Notes: generated by a model from the sequence alone, not told the origin. A stretch of 60,352 nt of DNA, filler included, from Sphacelaria rigidula (GCA_964200075.2; 9 parts of 9 records of this genome joined end to end with filler, not necessarily neighbours in it), one strand, 5' to 3'. Counted from the first letter of the whole stretch, positions 48,431-60,350 are shown. Numbers and translations: made by a program.

Positions 48431-49349
48431 AAAAGGTAAAACGAGATGAAAAAAACGTTCATGTGGACCCAGAGAAATCACACAGACGCGACAGAAAGAA
48501 GAATTAATAATACTGAAACGCTACAAGCCCCATAAGAAGCGGTGCCGCAGGCGACCATTCGGCCTTCTGAAGACAGCCCGACTTTCCCACTCGACACGCG
48601 AAGCCGAACAGATATACAACACCCGATGTGACGCCTGACGCCCACACACGAGGGAGCGCACAAGGAAAGGTCTGTACCTTCTGATGTTTCATGTCGTGTG
48701 GTTTTGACCCTTGACGAGCGAGACATCCGCGACTTCGATCCAGGCTACAGACGAGCCTCAGCAGCAGTCGCCTTTGACAGCGACCATGTGAAAAATCCGT
48801 ATTTGGATCGAAAACTATCGTGAGGAATCCATATTTCGCTCAACAATAACGAGCGCGCGCGCGGGGGGGGGGTGGGGAATTGGCTCCGGGAAGAAATCGT
48901 CCCCGTTGTGGGATTCGGGACTCTGAGGAGAGGAGGGCATCCACCATTCAAAGGCCGAGCCTAGTTAGGCTTTGTTTTCAACGACGAGTATTTAGGTTCA
49001 TCTTGACAAACGGGGTCAAGTGAAGGCGACACATCAATTCCTACTCCTGCACAACGAAGTAGAACACAGCACAATTTAGCACCTCCATGATTAATCCTTG
49101 GCCCAAAATAATTATCTCTATTCTGTGAGGTGTACGTAGGGAAAAGGAAAAGAGCCGCGGTTGCTCACGTGGTTCACCCCGATGGATGATACATGTATAG
49201 CCCTTTGATTGCCGAGCTATTGAGGAGGGGTTTTGACTGCAGGAAAAACGTTCGGGCATTAAAATGACGTTGCAGCCAACCAAGTCGACGGTGCCCATAG
49301 ACTGAGATCTCGGACACCCAGGTACTCAACGCCCATCCCTCGCTCCCCT

Positions 49350-49905
49350 TCCCTTCATCCGACTCACCGAACACACCACGGCGCTTCGCACTTGGTGATT
49401 GCGAGCCTAGTCCAGCGAAGACCCGGCGTGCCACGTCCCAAATTGTTACGGGTGCGAGATTAAGGGTCCTACGACTACAGTTGCGACCCGCAAATCAGAA
49501 AGAAATACTTCAGAAAATCAGTCTGGGCCTTTCACGGAAAATAAAGAAAATGGACTAAGAAACACAACTCAAACTGGGCGACAAGATAAGAAACATGAAA
49601 ATAAGAAACAGCGCGAATACATACCTAAAATAGGCATAAGAAAAAAGAAACTAGGTGACTGGGGAGCCCCTTCCTAACTAAGAAACATCGAGGATATAAG
49701 AAAACGACAATATAAGAAAATCAACAGGATCCGGTCGGCCAGAAATATAAGAAAACTCAATATACGCAAAAACACAACTTATGCTGGTGTTTGCGCCCGA
49801 AGTAAGACTCTGAGCGTCAACCCCAAATTGACGTTTCTTATCTCCGGGCCGCAACGGTACGGCATGCAAAATCATGGGTACACCCCCCTCCAGTCCTCCC
49901 CCACG
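49350..49905 (+). mobile_element. SINE-like copy split by a Tc1/mariner-type MITE
   Basis: SINE body 49350-49477 resumes at 49858 (TACGGCATGCAAAATCATGGGTACACCCCCC). Confidence 0.8.
49478..49857. mobile_element. 380-bp Tc1/mariner(pogo)-type MITE with TA TSD
   Basis: TA|CAGTTGCGACCCG...CGGGCCGCAACGG|TA; internal TAAGAAA motif repeated many times; duplicates the TA of the SINE consensus GACTACGGC. Confidence 0.85.
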
Positions 49906-50370
49906 CATCCCTCGCAGGGGAAACATACAGCTATTGGACACTCAGAAGTCGAACGCCTTGAGGAGTCCACCAGCCGGTTTCTCAATTGAGGTATATGCTC
50001 CACACGTGTCTTTGAGCAGAACCGTACACCCTCTGTTTCCCTGTCGTGACACTCGTACCCAAAAAATAACTGGCAAGCGATCCCTAAAACGCTACCCCCG
50101 ATTTGTGTACTTCAAGTACGACTTTCAAAATACCCCGCAATTGAGTATACTCTACTCGACCTGCCCTTGCAAGTTTGCTTGTAATTGAGCACTTTAGATA
50201 TCTGACCCCCGGAGGCGTAATTTCAACTTTTCCGGACGAAAAAAAACAACAACGAGAAAACGACACGAGGAGGATCTAGCGTAGCGTAGCGTGGTCTGCG
50301 GTCTGCGGATTAGGAATAAATCGTACAGTGCGCATCGGGTCGAGAATCGAACTATCAACCGCAATCGTCA

Positions 50371-50622
50371 ACACTTTCTACGATAGCCCCCCCCCAAAAA
50401 AGTGCCCGATTTGGGGAGGCAACGTTTTCACCTAAACCGAAATGGGAAAAAGCCGAGCACAACGAGAAGCTGGGAATTCCCACGCTTGGGTTCGTTCCCG
50501 CCAATATTGCCGATATGAGGCGCTTCATGCAGCCTGAACCCGAACATCAGGCGTTGTATGGCCATTTTTTTCGTGACACTTTTAGCTGGGTTTTTTTTTG
50601 GGGGGGGTATCGTAGAAAGTGT
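50371..50622. mobile_element. MITE, same family as 14779-15024 (opposite orientation)
   Basis: ACACTTTCTACGATAGCCCC...GGGGTATCGTAGAAAGTGT; flanks TCGTCA / CCGTTA (4 of 6 match). Confidence 0.85.
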
Positions 50623-50869
50623 CCGTTACTTTGTGCAGCGTTCACGCACAGGTCGTGAATCAGAGCTCCTACCCAATTATTCCCATCCCCGAATACAGCT
50701 GATCCACCAGGCACGCGAGAGGCCGTCTTTCTCGTCGTGCTGCTGACGAGGATACTCAATGCACCCGCCTCGTCTTCCAACGGTGCAGCTACGACGCCGG
50801 CTTTACGCGAACCCGACGACCGTAATGCATGGTTAACTAAACAATCCTTATTCTTGTCAAACCCAAAGC

Positions 50870-51060
50870 TTTACCCCATCCCTAACCCCAACCGCAACAC
50901 CACGCAAACCGAGTGTCTTCGAACAAAGAGGATGTACATAGTTTCCTGGGCAAAGTGCGCGCTGTTTTGACCTCAAATCGGCGCCGGGTGGTTATGATCC
51001 CGCCTTGGAGCCAAAACACTAGTTTCGCACGCTGGGCGCGGCATACGGGACTGTGAGCCC
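50870..51060 (+). repeat. CCCTAA-containing dispersed repeat copy
   Basis: CCCTAACCCCAACC...TTCCTGGGCAAAG...ACCTCAAATCGGCGCCG...ACGGGACTGT, similar to 25630-25800. Confidence 0.55.
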
Positions 51061-51239
51061 TCTATAATCCGAATATGATTGTCCACACTATGCGAGTAGC
51101 CAGGTTTTCTCCAACCATGGAGTTTCGTCGCCGACTTTGCGTAAAATCTCTTCTAGTAGCCTCCGGCGGTGAACAGACAAGTTCGTACACCCCCATCTCC
51201 ATAAGCTAGAGGCTTGGGGCAGGGGGCAGGGGAGTGTGT

Positions 51240-52545
51240 GGGGCGTACTCATTTTTTCCTCGCCTTGGTCATTTGGCCATTGACCACGCATCCCTTAGGA
51301 GACGGAGCACCGTTCCCACTCCAAATAGGTACGTCCAACATTCCAGCGCTCACCATGTTTCTTCCATACAATACACCAAAATAATAGACGTATCTTATCC
51401 CGTTCTTGTTTCGCCGTCCATGGCCACCATTCATCTCCTGGTATAGCGGTCATTTTCTTGCTATTTAATACACCAAACGAGTTCATGCCAACTTCATTTA
51501 CTTCACGCACTTTCCCCTCCAACACGTCCTGTTCCCCTTTGTATATTTCACATTCTCCCATGGCATGAGTTCTGCTCCCTATTGATTCGCCACAAGCGAA
51601 ATTCTGGTCACCTACCTCCTCCTCCACCCGACTACTGGTATACCTATTTCCTCTATCTGGCAGGTCCAGGTACCCCACCCGAAATCGCGCTTTCAACTTT
51701 TTCGCGCAGTCCATTGGGCCGTGCAGGTACGTTTTCACTCCTATCCCTTCTCTCAACCCCCCGGATATCTTCAAGTGCTCTTTCTCGTCCATTTTCCGTC
51801 CTGGCGCTTGCTTTCTCCTTATTGGTATTGTAATGTCTCCTACTTTCCTCTTGCACCCTCACATTCACCTTTGATGGGCATTATGTCATCTTCTTGGTTC
51901 CCCGATATATTATTCCATTATCTCTCTTGACATATCACCTTCTCCCAGCCTGTCCTTTCATTAGTTTATTCCATACAGCTCTATCAACCAACCATGGCTG
52001 GCAATCTCGTCCTTGGCATATACCCCTTGCATTATATTGCGCTGTCAGTTCAAGATTCTCGTGTCCATATTTATTTCAAGTGGGTACATTCCCAATGAAA
52101 TTCTGCTCTCAGTACGTGTTACTCGTCGCTTCTCGGCATCCAACAACGTGTGCATGAGATTGAGAGTAGCGGATACGATTAAGAGTGAAAATCGGTCAAT
52201 TAGTGAATGAATGGTTTCAGTTCCAAAATGCCCTTCCACGAAGCCCGATATGCTTCCTGTCGTAGGTCGCCACTGAGGCCCTTGATATCCATGAGTAGGA
52301 TATCGACGTGTAGCTGTAAGCACACGCCAGGGATGGAGGCAAAGAAAAGCACACACGCAATGGGAAATTGGCCAAGGTAGAACGAATGACCAAAGCCACT
52401 CTCAATCAGCCTTCTACTCTCAATTTCACAAAAACGTCGTTATCCATGTATTTAATTTCTAACCTGCTGATATCTGTGCTGTTCCCAGTTGCTTCGCCAA
52501 CTTTGCGTTCCTTTCCCAAAGTTCTACTGCATATTCCACCTTCGG
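51240..52545 (-). mobile_element. decayed LINE ORF2 C-terminal region and 3' end (RTEX-like)
   Basis: Broken frames EYAVELWERNAKLAKQL (52470-52540), LGMYPLEIN, then KTYLHGPMDCAKKLKARFRVGYLDLPDRGNRY...FACGESIGSRTHAMGEC (decayed CCHC knuckle), ending GNGAPSPKGCVVNGQMTKARKK* followed by GTACG and a C-rich tract. Interrupted near 52150-52450. The clade call is inference. Confidence 0.85.
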
Positions 52546-52608
52546 TACAGTCATATCCATCATAATTGATTTGATTGATTGATCGGTTGTCGCACTTTAA
52601 CTGACCCC

Positions 52609-52686
52609 TGTTAAGATACCGGTTGACTGCCAAGCTAGTCAGTCAGCGCTGACTGACTAGCTTAGCAGTCAACCGGTATCTTAACA
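52609..52686. repeat. 78-bp loopless palindrome (1 mismatch)
   Basis: TGTTAAGATACCGGTTGACTGCCAAGCTAGTCAGTCAGC|GCTGACTGACTAGCTTAGCAGTCAACCGGTATCTTAACA, inside GACCCCTG...CAGGGGTC (about 52603-52712). Confidence 0.95.
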
Positions 52687-53390
52687 AAAGCTAAGTTTTT
52701 GCCCCAGGGGTCCAGCGTGGTCACACGACAGACGTACCCAAAAACAAACAAATCATTAGGTATCTTGATCCTGTGAGGGGAGTATCCAGCTATGTGCTGA
52801 AGAATAACTCAAGACTCGCAGGAAGGAGGCACAGCATTCGCCTGATGTTACCACCCCTCCCCAGAAAAAAAAACACCAAATTTCAACTTTCGGGGCCTTC
52901 GCGTGTTGATTTCAATTTACGGGAGCCCTCGATCAAGCATGAGAAAATGACGTTTTGAGGTGGGAGAGAGCTGGGTTGATCCCTCGAGACCACAGATTCG
53001 TCCCGAAGAGGAGGAGAGTTGGTAGTGAGAACAAACAAACAAGCAAGCAGATGTGCGGATGCTCCTCCAGTAACGTGACAGAAATTCGTGTGTTCTCTGA
53101 TCACGCACAGCACACACCGAAGGAACAACGTCGAAGACTCAGCATGCACAAAAAATGACAACGGCCGGAATTTGCGCGCACAACAAGGAGGGCATCGACG
53201 ATGAGATTTTACGAAGGGGTAATTAATTTGTGCATCCCGAGAGTAAGCGTCAGTCAAACCGAAGAGAGACGAACCTCTTCATTTGCAGGCTTATAAGCAA
53301 GAGTACATTTCATCTCACACTACAGTATCGGTCGATATACAATGCATTGCATCGAACATCGAAAGATCGGAGAGATAGTTCGAGCGATAG

Positions 53391-53391
<1 letters not shown>

Positions 53392-53428
<37 letters not shown>
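53392..53428. repeat. (GT)n microsatellite
   Basis: About 18 units. Confidence 0.95.
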
Positions 53429-53430
<2 letters not shown>

Positions 53431-53431
<1 letters not shown>

Positions 53432-53636
53432 GGGGGGCGAGGGGTACTCATGATCTTTCATGCCGTAGTCATGTGACCATTGACCCCGCATCCCAACAAA
53501 GCAGGGACGGAGCACGCCGGTTTTCTCCGGACCAGGTTCGATAGTTGGGGGGGGAGGCGTACTCATTTGTTGCTTGCCTCAGTCGTTTGATCATTGACCA
53601 CGCATCCCTTTCGAGACGGAGCATAGTTGGGGAGGG
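53431..53636 (-). mobile_element. SINE-like tail (53431-53540) adjacent to a LINE tail (53558-53622) with TSD
   Basis: The LINE tail is flanked by ATAGTT-G8-AGG (53541-53557) and ATAGTT-G4-AGG (53623-53635). Confidence 0.88.
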
Positions 53637-53736
53637 NNNNNNNNNNNNNNNNNNNNNNNNNNNNNNNNNNNNNNNNNNNNTTAATTAATTAANNNNNNNN
53701 NNNNNNNNNNNNNNNNNNNNNNNNNNNNNNNNNNNN
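53637..53736. other. artificial scaffold linker
   Basis: N44-TTAATTAATTAA-N44. Confidence 0.98.
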
Positions 53737-55076
53737 GATCTCCTCCCCCCCCCGGGGGTGGTCACCGTCACCCACTCTCACGCTACAGTATCTACTCGCC
53801 GTCAAAGTCTTCGGATCGCGGGGAGAGCTACGACAGTGCGACAACGAAACGCCGACCACTCTTTCCCGCAGACTATTCAAATTAATACGACATACTGTAC
53901 ACGCAAACACACTTGCAAACAAACTGCCAACACAGATATTATTTCAATTACCGGGTCCACCACTCTCCAACATTGCTTGTGAGTCGAACAGTTGGGCCAA
54001 CCAATCTATACACCACCATACATACCGCCACCGTTGTCGCCGTGGCGGGAATATCACACGGTAAGAGTGCGGCGAATGCGGCGAACACGCCTCGCACTTC
54101 AAACAGCGCACAATTGACCAAAACCAAGAAGCGACTTTTCGGCACAGATGCAGTGTCATCCGAGATGATCATACCGCAGTGTATATCGAAGTCCTGAATG
54201 TTCGGGCTCCCTTTATCCCGGCCGAGTGGACACCCCATGTGCTCGCAACATTCATGGCCATAGCATGCGGACTCCCCCGGCATCACTTCGCCGCCTACAG
54301 AAACAGATCCGGGCCCATCACCATAGTTCGCCGCCAGTGCACCCGCGGCTTTCATGAAATGGCGACGATCCGGGCGACGCCCCCCCCCCCCCCCCCCCCC
54401 CCCCCCGCGCACACGGGGGGGCCGGGGGGCGGGGCTGACGGGCGCAGCAACGTTGAATGAAAAAAACAGGAGNNNNNNNNNNCCGGGCCCCTCCCCAAAG
54501 TTCGCCCCCCGTGCCCCCGCGGCTTTCATGAAATGGCGACGATCCGGGCGACGCCCCCCCCCCCCCCCCGTCTCTCCAGGAACATTCCGGGGGATCGGAG
54601 AAGTTGGCCTAATCGCCAAATCCGTGATACATAACAGTAACGCCTGACTCTGCGTTTCCTGACTCTGTGTTTCGTGTTCTATAGTGTCCGACTTTCCGCC
54701 GCCCCCCCTTCACCACCTGCGGCGTCGGGCGGCGTCTCTGGCATACACAACACACGTGAACAGATAGCACCCTGTGGAGGGGGTTTACAGGGTTCACGTA
54801 CCCTGCGCAGTGTTTCTGGCGGGAATTTCACTGTACAGTGTTTTCCAGCGTAGGACTGCTGCCGAGATAGCACCCCCCCGAACCGGCCCAAGAAGTGCAC
54901 GGAGGCGATGATCATGAATGGCGTTAGAGCTAATTTTGGACTGCTACGCGCCCCTCATGTAGGCAAAATTTCTGCAAACGAGCCTAATAGTAGAATTGCA
55001 GCCGGTTTGTCGGACGGTCTCCGGTGCACTTTTAATGGGGGGGCTATCTCGGCATTAGTCGTAGCACAGGACGCCC

Positions 55077-55178
55077 CACAGGGTTTCTCTACAGTGGTCA
55101 TGAATAGTGTACATCACAGGGTTCCTCTCCACAGGATTTCTCTACAGTGGTCATGAATAGTGTGTATCACAGGGTTCC
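55077..55178 (+). repeat. 53-bp tandem duplication
   Basis: CACAGG.TTTCTCTACAGTGGTCATGAATAGTGT..ATCACAGGGTTCC twice (starts 55077 and 55130). Confidence 0.9.
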
Positions 55179-55296
55179 GTTGCCCCGTGAAGAGTTCATC
55201 GCTGCTGGCAATGCTGTGCAGTGTGTTTACGCACAAACATTACCCTCCACATGCAGCTGCGGGCGCACGGTACTGGCGGAACAAAGAATAGATAAA

Positions 55297-55369
55297 GGTT
55301 GGACGGGGAGTCGAACCCGCGATTTTATCGTCATACAGTCAACCGATGACATACTGAGCTACACATGCT
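55297..55369 (-). pseudogene. degenerate tRNA-derived sequence (A-box plus B-box)
   Basis: Reverse complement AGCATGTGTAGCTCAGTATG...CGGGTTCGACTCCCCG; box spacing is tRNA-like but the acceptor stem does not pair. Confidence 0.5.
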
Positions 55370-57025
55370 AGCCGATGTTAATTCATTGTATTATTTGTAC
55401 TTCTATATTTTGGGACTCTCGAAGGTCCCTGTCAAAAACACTGAAATCCCCCGCAGTGTTTTTAGAGGCACAAGTGCAATGGAAATCTGGAATTTAGACA
55501 GCCTCTGCTGTTCGAAATAAATCCTAATTCCAAACTTGGAATAGCGCAAAAAGGATTCATTTCGGAGAGCTTAAGCTGTACAGATAATCCCACATACTCT
55601 ATGTATAGCAGATGGAATTTGTACACCGCCAATACCTGAAATTGGGTGGAGAAAGAACTTGCTCGCGAGCAGCTTCAGCTGTTCAAGCCCCGCATACTGC
55701 ACGCAAGCTTTTGTTGCAGCTGACGTCATGATAACGGAATGCAATTTACCTCGGTTATGAATACATTTACCTGATGAAAAATCCGTAGTCCGGTCTCGAC
55801 CAAACTAAAACAATATACAGGGAACAATGAAACATCTCATTGCGCGGTTGATACTGCGTACTCGGGATATATATTCACAACAATAAACTGTACTGGACTG
55901 TACAATACCATTGTATGCGGGCAGTTCGCTAAACCGTGCTTATACGTGCTGCGCCATGTGCTGCAGATGGCTGGCTATAGACTATATACAATGTAGGTGC
56001 CTGCAGCTCATTTTGATATATGGGGGTGTTATATACCGTCACGAACTACACGCGCGCGTCCCGCACGGCACATGCGCACAGCTGCTGCAGCACAGTAAGT
56101 AGGGCGTGAAAGGGAAGGGGAAAAGTACAGTACAGACAGCGCAGGACAATGTATATATATATATATATATGTTCTCTACCTACAGTGCGACGTGAAAAGG
56201 ACTTGAACAACGTGCAGTATATCGTACGGCCTGCTGTATGCTGCACTATGTTTCCGGTGTGCGTCCAGCATGCATATATGCGGTGAGTGTGTATGCATAT
56301 TAGGCGGCTGGTTAATTGTTCCTCGCACCCACCTACATCCCACGTATGTCGTCGCCGAGCGATGTCGCAGCCATGAAAGAAGATGCTCAAGTTTCCACCA
56401 ATAAGAAATACATCATATCCACCCATCACAGTGTGTATGTGTCTATATCACTGTGCCCAACCCATGTTCTTTGCTGCAGGCGGGTTGTGGTGATGGTATA
56501 GCCGGTCGGTGATATATACAGAGTAGATATCTTGGGGTGATGGTTTATATAAGATTGATTAAGTGACTTTTTCTCAACATTGTTCGTGTTGGTAGACCAA
56601 GGAATACGGGGTTTTTGTGAGGTATGTGGATTGATTGGCGTGGTTAACCCCGTTCATCCAGCATATATCACGCCTGCTAGGTGGTTCGCTTGAATCACAG
56701 GCGTGGACCAACACACGTATCCAACGTGTAAGACCTCTATTCAGCGACAGCTGTTGAGAGTTATTCATCCTTTAGCCCATGTACATCTTTAATAGGGGGC
56801 AGAAGGATGAATGTCTTTCAACAACTTTTTCTGTGTGTCGGATCCCATGCGCTGGTAACGGTGCAGTATGCGGGATTTGCCCAGCTGACGCTGCTCGCAA
56901 TGCATCTCTTTTCCCCCAATCTCCGGATGAAATGGAGGGCAAAGTGAAGATTTATTTCGAGCTTCCTATGCTGTTCAAATTCAAAATCTGCCAGTGTGCA
57001 TGGGATTTGCGCAGCAGCAGAAGAT

Positions 57026-57207
57026 GCTGTTCGAAATAGATCCTTTTTGCGCTCATGTCGAAAATGGGCGAAAAAAGGATATATTTTGAACAGCTTCTTC
57101 TGCTGTTCGAAAGGAATCCTTTTTCTCGCCGGAATAAATTGGGCGAAAAAAGGATCTTTTTTGAATAGCTTGTCCTGCTGTCTAAAATAAATTCCTTTTT
57201 GCCCCAT
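57026..57207. repeat. tandem array of about 76-bp self-complementary units
   Basis: GCTGTTCGAAA..ATCCTTTTT..GC / GCGAAAAAAGGAT..TTTTGAA.AGC units start at 57026, 57102 and 57177; related unit at 55507-55570. Confidence 0.85.
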
Positions 57208-57347
57208 TCATATCGGGTGAAGAGGAATTTACCTCGGATAGAAGGACAAGCTATTGAAAATATATGAATTCACAGATTTTGTACCAAAATATTTCGAATT
57301 TTCAAAAACAAAATGACCGGAAGTTTTTTACCAAAACACTACCACAT

Positions 57348-57504
57348 GACTGTGCAGGGCTTTGCCGACGAGCCTACACAGGGCTGCAAATTCAACCCTG
57401 GGGAAAACCCTATCAAAACGCTACGAGGGGTACAGGTTTGGATTTTCACTATCAGGGTTTTTTTACATAGACTGTGGAGGACCCTGTACGGACCCTGCAC
57501 AGTG
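57348..57504. mobile_element. short TIR element with CACTG-like ends
   Basis: GACTGTGCAGGG...CCCTGCACAGTG; related end CCCTGCGCAGTG near 54801-54812; no TSD. Confidence 0.5.
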
Positions 57505-57519
57505 CGCCCGACAGGGTGT

Positions 57520-60300
57520 TACCTGTCCACGGGTGAAGGCGGGTGAGGCGACAATCGCCGACGCTGTGAGGGATTGTGCCAGTGTGATCGAAGCGGACGG
57601 TCCTGCAACCTCCCACCGCGGCCGTTGAACGGCACCACCGCCGTCAGCGCTCGCTGCGTCGGGTTCTCCGAAGGTTGGCGACGAATCCTGTGTTGCGCCA
57701 CCGGCAGGAGGGAGTGAGGAGCACGACGACGTGGCGGCGCCGGATGAGCCCCCCACCACACCAAGCTCATCGCACGCATTATCCGGCATCATGGTTTCTT
57801 CTCCGCCCGAACCGGAAGCATCCCCTGCCTGCACTCTGGCAGTCCCTCGCGCTTCGCCTTGACCCTGTAACATACGGGAGGCAGATGGCGCCACAGTTGT
57901 CGGCGACCCGATCGTTCCTGTGTTCGTCGTTGACTCGAATAGCCCCCCAAACTGTCTTCGCGACGATTGAGGGTTATCTCCGCCACGAGCCACCACGGGA
58001 CCACCGTCGGGGCCTGCTGCACCCTTCCGCTTCTCCTTTTCCGGACTCTGTTGTCGACGAGCTCTGCGGGCGGCGATGTTACACGGTAGGGCCTCTGAAT
58101 GAACGTCCTCGTCACTGGGGGGGGTGTTTATCCCAAGTATCGTCCGGTCAAGCATGCGTCGATCTTTTGTTTTTATGTCGCAACCGACCGGCAGTGGGAG
58201 CGCATGAGCGTTATATGCGGGGATCGCGCACCCGTGAGCGTCGCGGGCTGCTCGCAGGTTACGCATATCCCCGCTGATCTGGCCGATGTGTGCCTGGACT
58301 GCATGGATGTCAACGTCGTCGGACGCGACCCGCTGCAGAGCAATCGCGAATGTCAGTACTGTATCGTACATTACTGCATTTGGATGATCGACGGCGTAAT
58401 GGCGAATGTCCTATCGAAAAGGTGATGATTTCGATAAAATTGCAGGGTATTCTTGTGTCTTCCACCCACCATATGCCCTGATGACTCGTGCAGGAATTCC
58501 AGGGCTCCACACGACAGTGTCCTCCACCGCGAATGTTCCGGGAAGGAGTGCCTACAATCCGGAAGGGAGGACCGTACATTGAGTCAAGGCTAATGGCTTT
58601 CAGGTGCTTCTCTTGCTTGTGTGAAGTCATTGGGGGCCCTAAACGTGGTGTTATCGGCGGGGGATCGGGTTTTCGGCGAGAAATGAGGTCGGGAGTCGCG
58701 TGTCGGCGAGTGCATATCGGTGCAGTGGTCTAGTGCAGGGCGATGTTGTTTTCTCGCAGCCGGAACGGATGTTTGTCGTGCTATCGGCCGGGTTGTGTGC
58801 GTGGTGAAGTTTTACGGCGGGGTGGGGGGAAGAGGGGGCCCGGGGGGACGCGGGGGGCGCAAGGTTGTGGCGAACAGATGAGGTAGACCGCACAGAATAT
58901 GGGGGTTGTGAAATCCCGTTATACTGTTTGGTCTGGTTATCGTGCATTCTGAGGAGCGTAACAATGTAGAAAGGAAAGGTTGTGTGCCGAGATCCCTAAG
59001 GATAGTTCAGCTGGGGGTGTCGGCGCGAGGCTGACGTGTGATTACCGCCGCGGCGCGCGGTATTTAGGGTTTGGGGCTCCCGCGTGGGTCTGTTCGGCCG
59101 TCGTCATACGCGTGTCGGCCACTCGTTGTACCCGCGTTTGCTGTTTGCGGGTCGCAACCGTCGATGTTGTGTGTGCGGGGATGTGCGGACGGTTGTGGTC
59201 GCCGGCGCCGTAAGGGCGGGTGCAGCGACGGAATGTGCGCGAGTGTGGACGGCTGTGTGTGGCGTAAATAATGGCCATTTTCTACAGAGGGGTGTTTCCT
59301 ACCGTGATGATATGGTGTTACAGTATGCAAGTACAGTCCAGTTGGATGCGGCACGCCTCAGCGGCGAGGTGGTGGATATGGAGTGAAGGTAAGGAGCGAA
59401 AGGCCAATCTGGGTCGTCGTGGTAGTGTTTCCCCTCGTATGCGATACATCCTAGTGCACGAGGCTACCGGCACTGTGCCACATGTTGGCGCAACAGGCGT
59501 GGAACGTGACCAGCCAGTACAGACGGTCATCCCGCGGAAGATTCATGGGGATTTTGTAGGCGACGGCCGCTGTTGGTCTGCACGACCGATGGGGTGGACA
59601 GTTGATAGGAAGGGTCGAACATAAAGCCTGCTGCATGTCTCTGATATAGACCTGCTTAACTCTAGGTTATGCTGGGGTGGTATGCCTTTCAGCACGCCCA
59701 TGACCTGGGCATCTGGCCAACGATTTTAACCTCACAGTGGACGATGGTCGCCCACAACCCGTCCGAAATGCGGACTCTGTACACAGTATTATTTGCTTCC
59801 AAATGCCCAGTCCCGTTGCGCAACTATCACAAGTCTTTGTTCAGCCGGCGTTCGCCGCCGAGGGTGTAGCCCCGAAAACGTAGCCATGCCGGCGAGCAGA
59901 GAAGCACATAGCTAGTTGGGGTGGTTCTTACCTAAAACATCCCGCCGCTTGTCTGAGGCAGATCGCTCGACCCGGTATGCGCCCGGATCTCGTCTCGCCA
60001 GCCGCCGTGGACGCGATTTCACTGGTTCTTTTTTCATGTTCCGCTGACCCCATACACTGTACCACAAAATACCGGCAACTGCACCTTCGGGCACGCCTGC
60101 ACGGTGGCGCACGTGCCTCCTGAATTCGTACCTCGCAAATAGAGCCAGCTGCCCTCGTGGGACCCCCTGGCAGCGGTAGCGTGACGGCTCCGTTTTCGCC
60201 CCCTGCCCCCGATGTTTATTTCCCTCGTTTGTGAGCGTCAAGCCTCCGTTTGCCAATCCGTAACTGCATTTATCTAGCAATGGTTCCTCTTGAGCATATG
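57520..60300 (-). pseudogene. decayed tyrosine-recombinase gene (Crypton/DIRS-like) with low-complexity C-terminus
   Basis: Across frameshifts at 58430-58640: PMTSHKQEKHLKAI...IVGTPSR / TFAVE...GIPARVIRAYGGWKT / NTLQFY, matching the YR pattern GTHSxR...GxWxS..T..Y with the His codon decayed. Followed by the 302-codon frame 57463-58371. The upstream extent (LTLTNEGNKHRGQG...CPK near 60080-60240) is tentative. Confidence 0.5.
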
Positions 60301-60305
60301 TAAGT

Positions 60306-60350
60306 AACAACAAATTGTGAGAATTGAGGTTTAACTTCGAGATGAGGCTC
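60306..60350 (-). repeat. fragment of the same element as 6745-6789
   Basis: 45-nt reverse-complement match with one mismatch, running into the scaffold end. Confidence 0.85.

Noticed and set aside
6619..53736. TTAATTAATTAA recurring every about 6.7 kb as a biological periodic signal, and gene clustering across the window
   Set aside because: It is a six-frame-stop linker embedded in N runs between size-sorted scaffolds; neighbours across it are unrelated.
54060..54380. Open frame starting ECGECGEH as a zinc-binding protein
   Set aside because: Preceded by an in-frame stop, no clear acceptor, and it runs into an error-prone homopolymer; insufficient support.
54308..54570. Direct repeat on both sides of the 10-N gap and the 223-aa ORF spanning it
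   Set aside because: The second copy differs mostly by changes to C next to a long C homopolymer, typical of sequencing phasing error and a duplicated overlap. Similar low-quality C/G-rich stretches occur near 39770-39860, 40140-40420 and 58815-58860.
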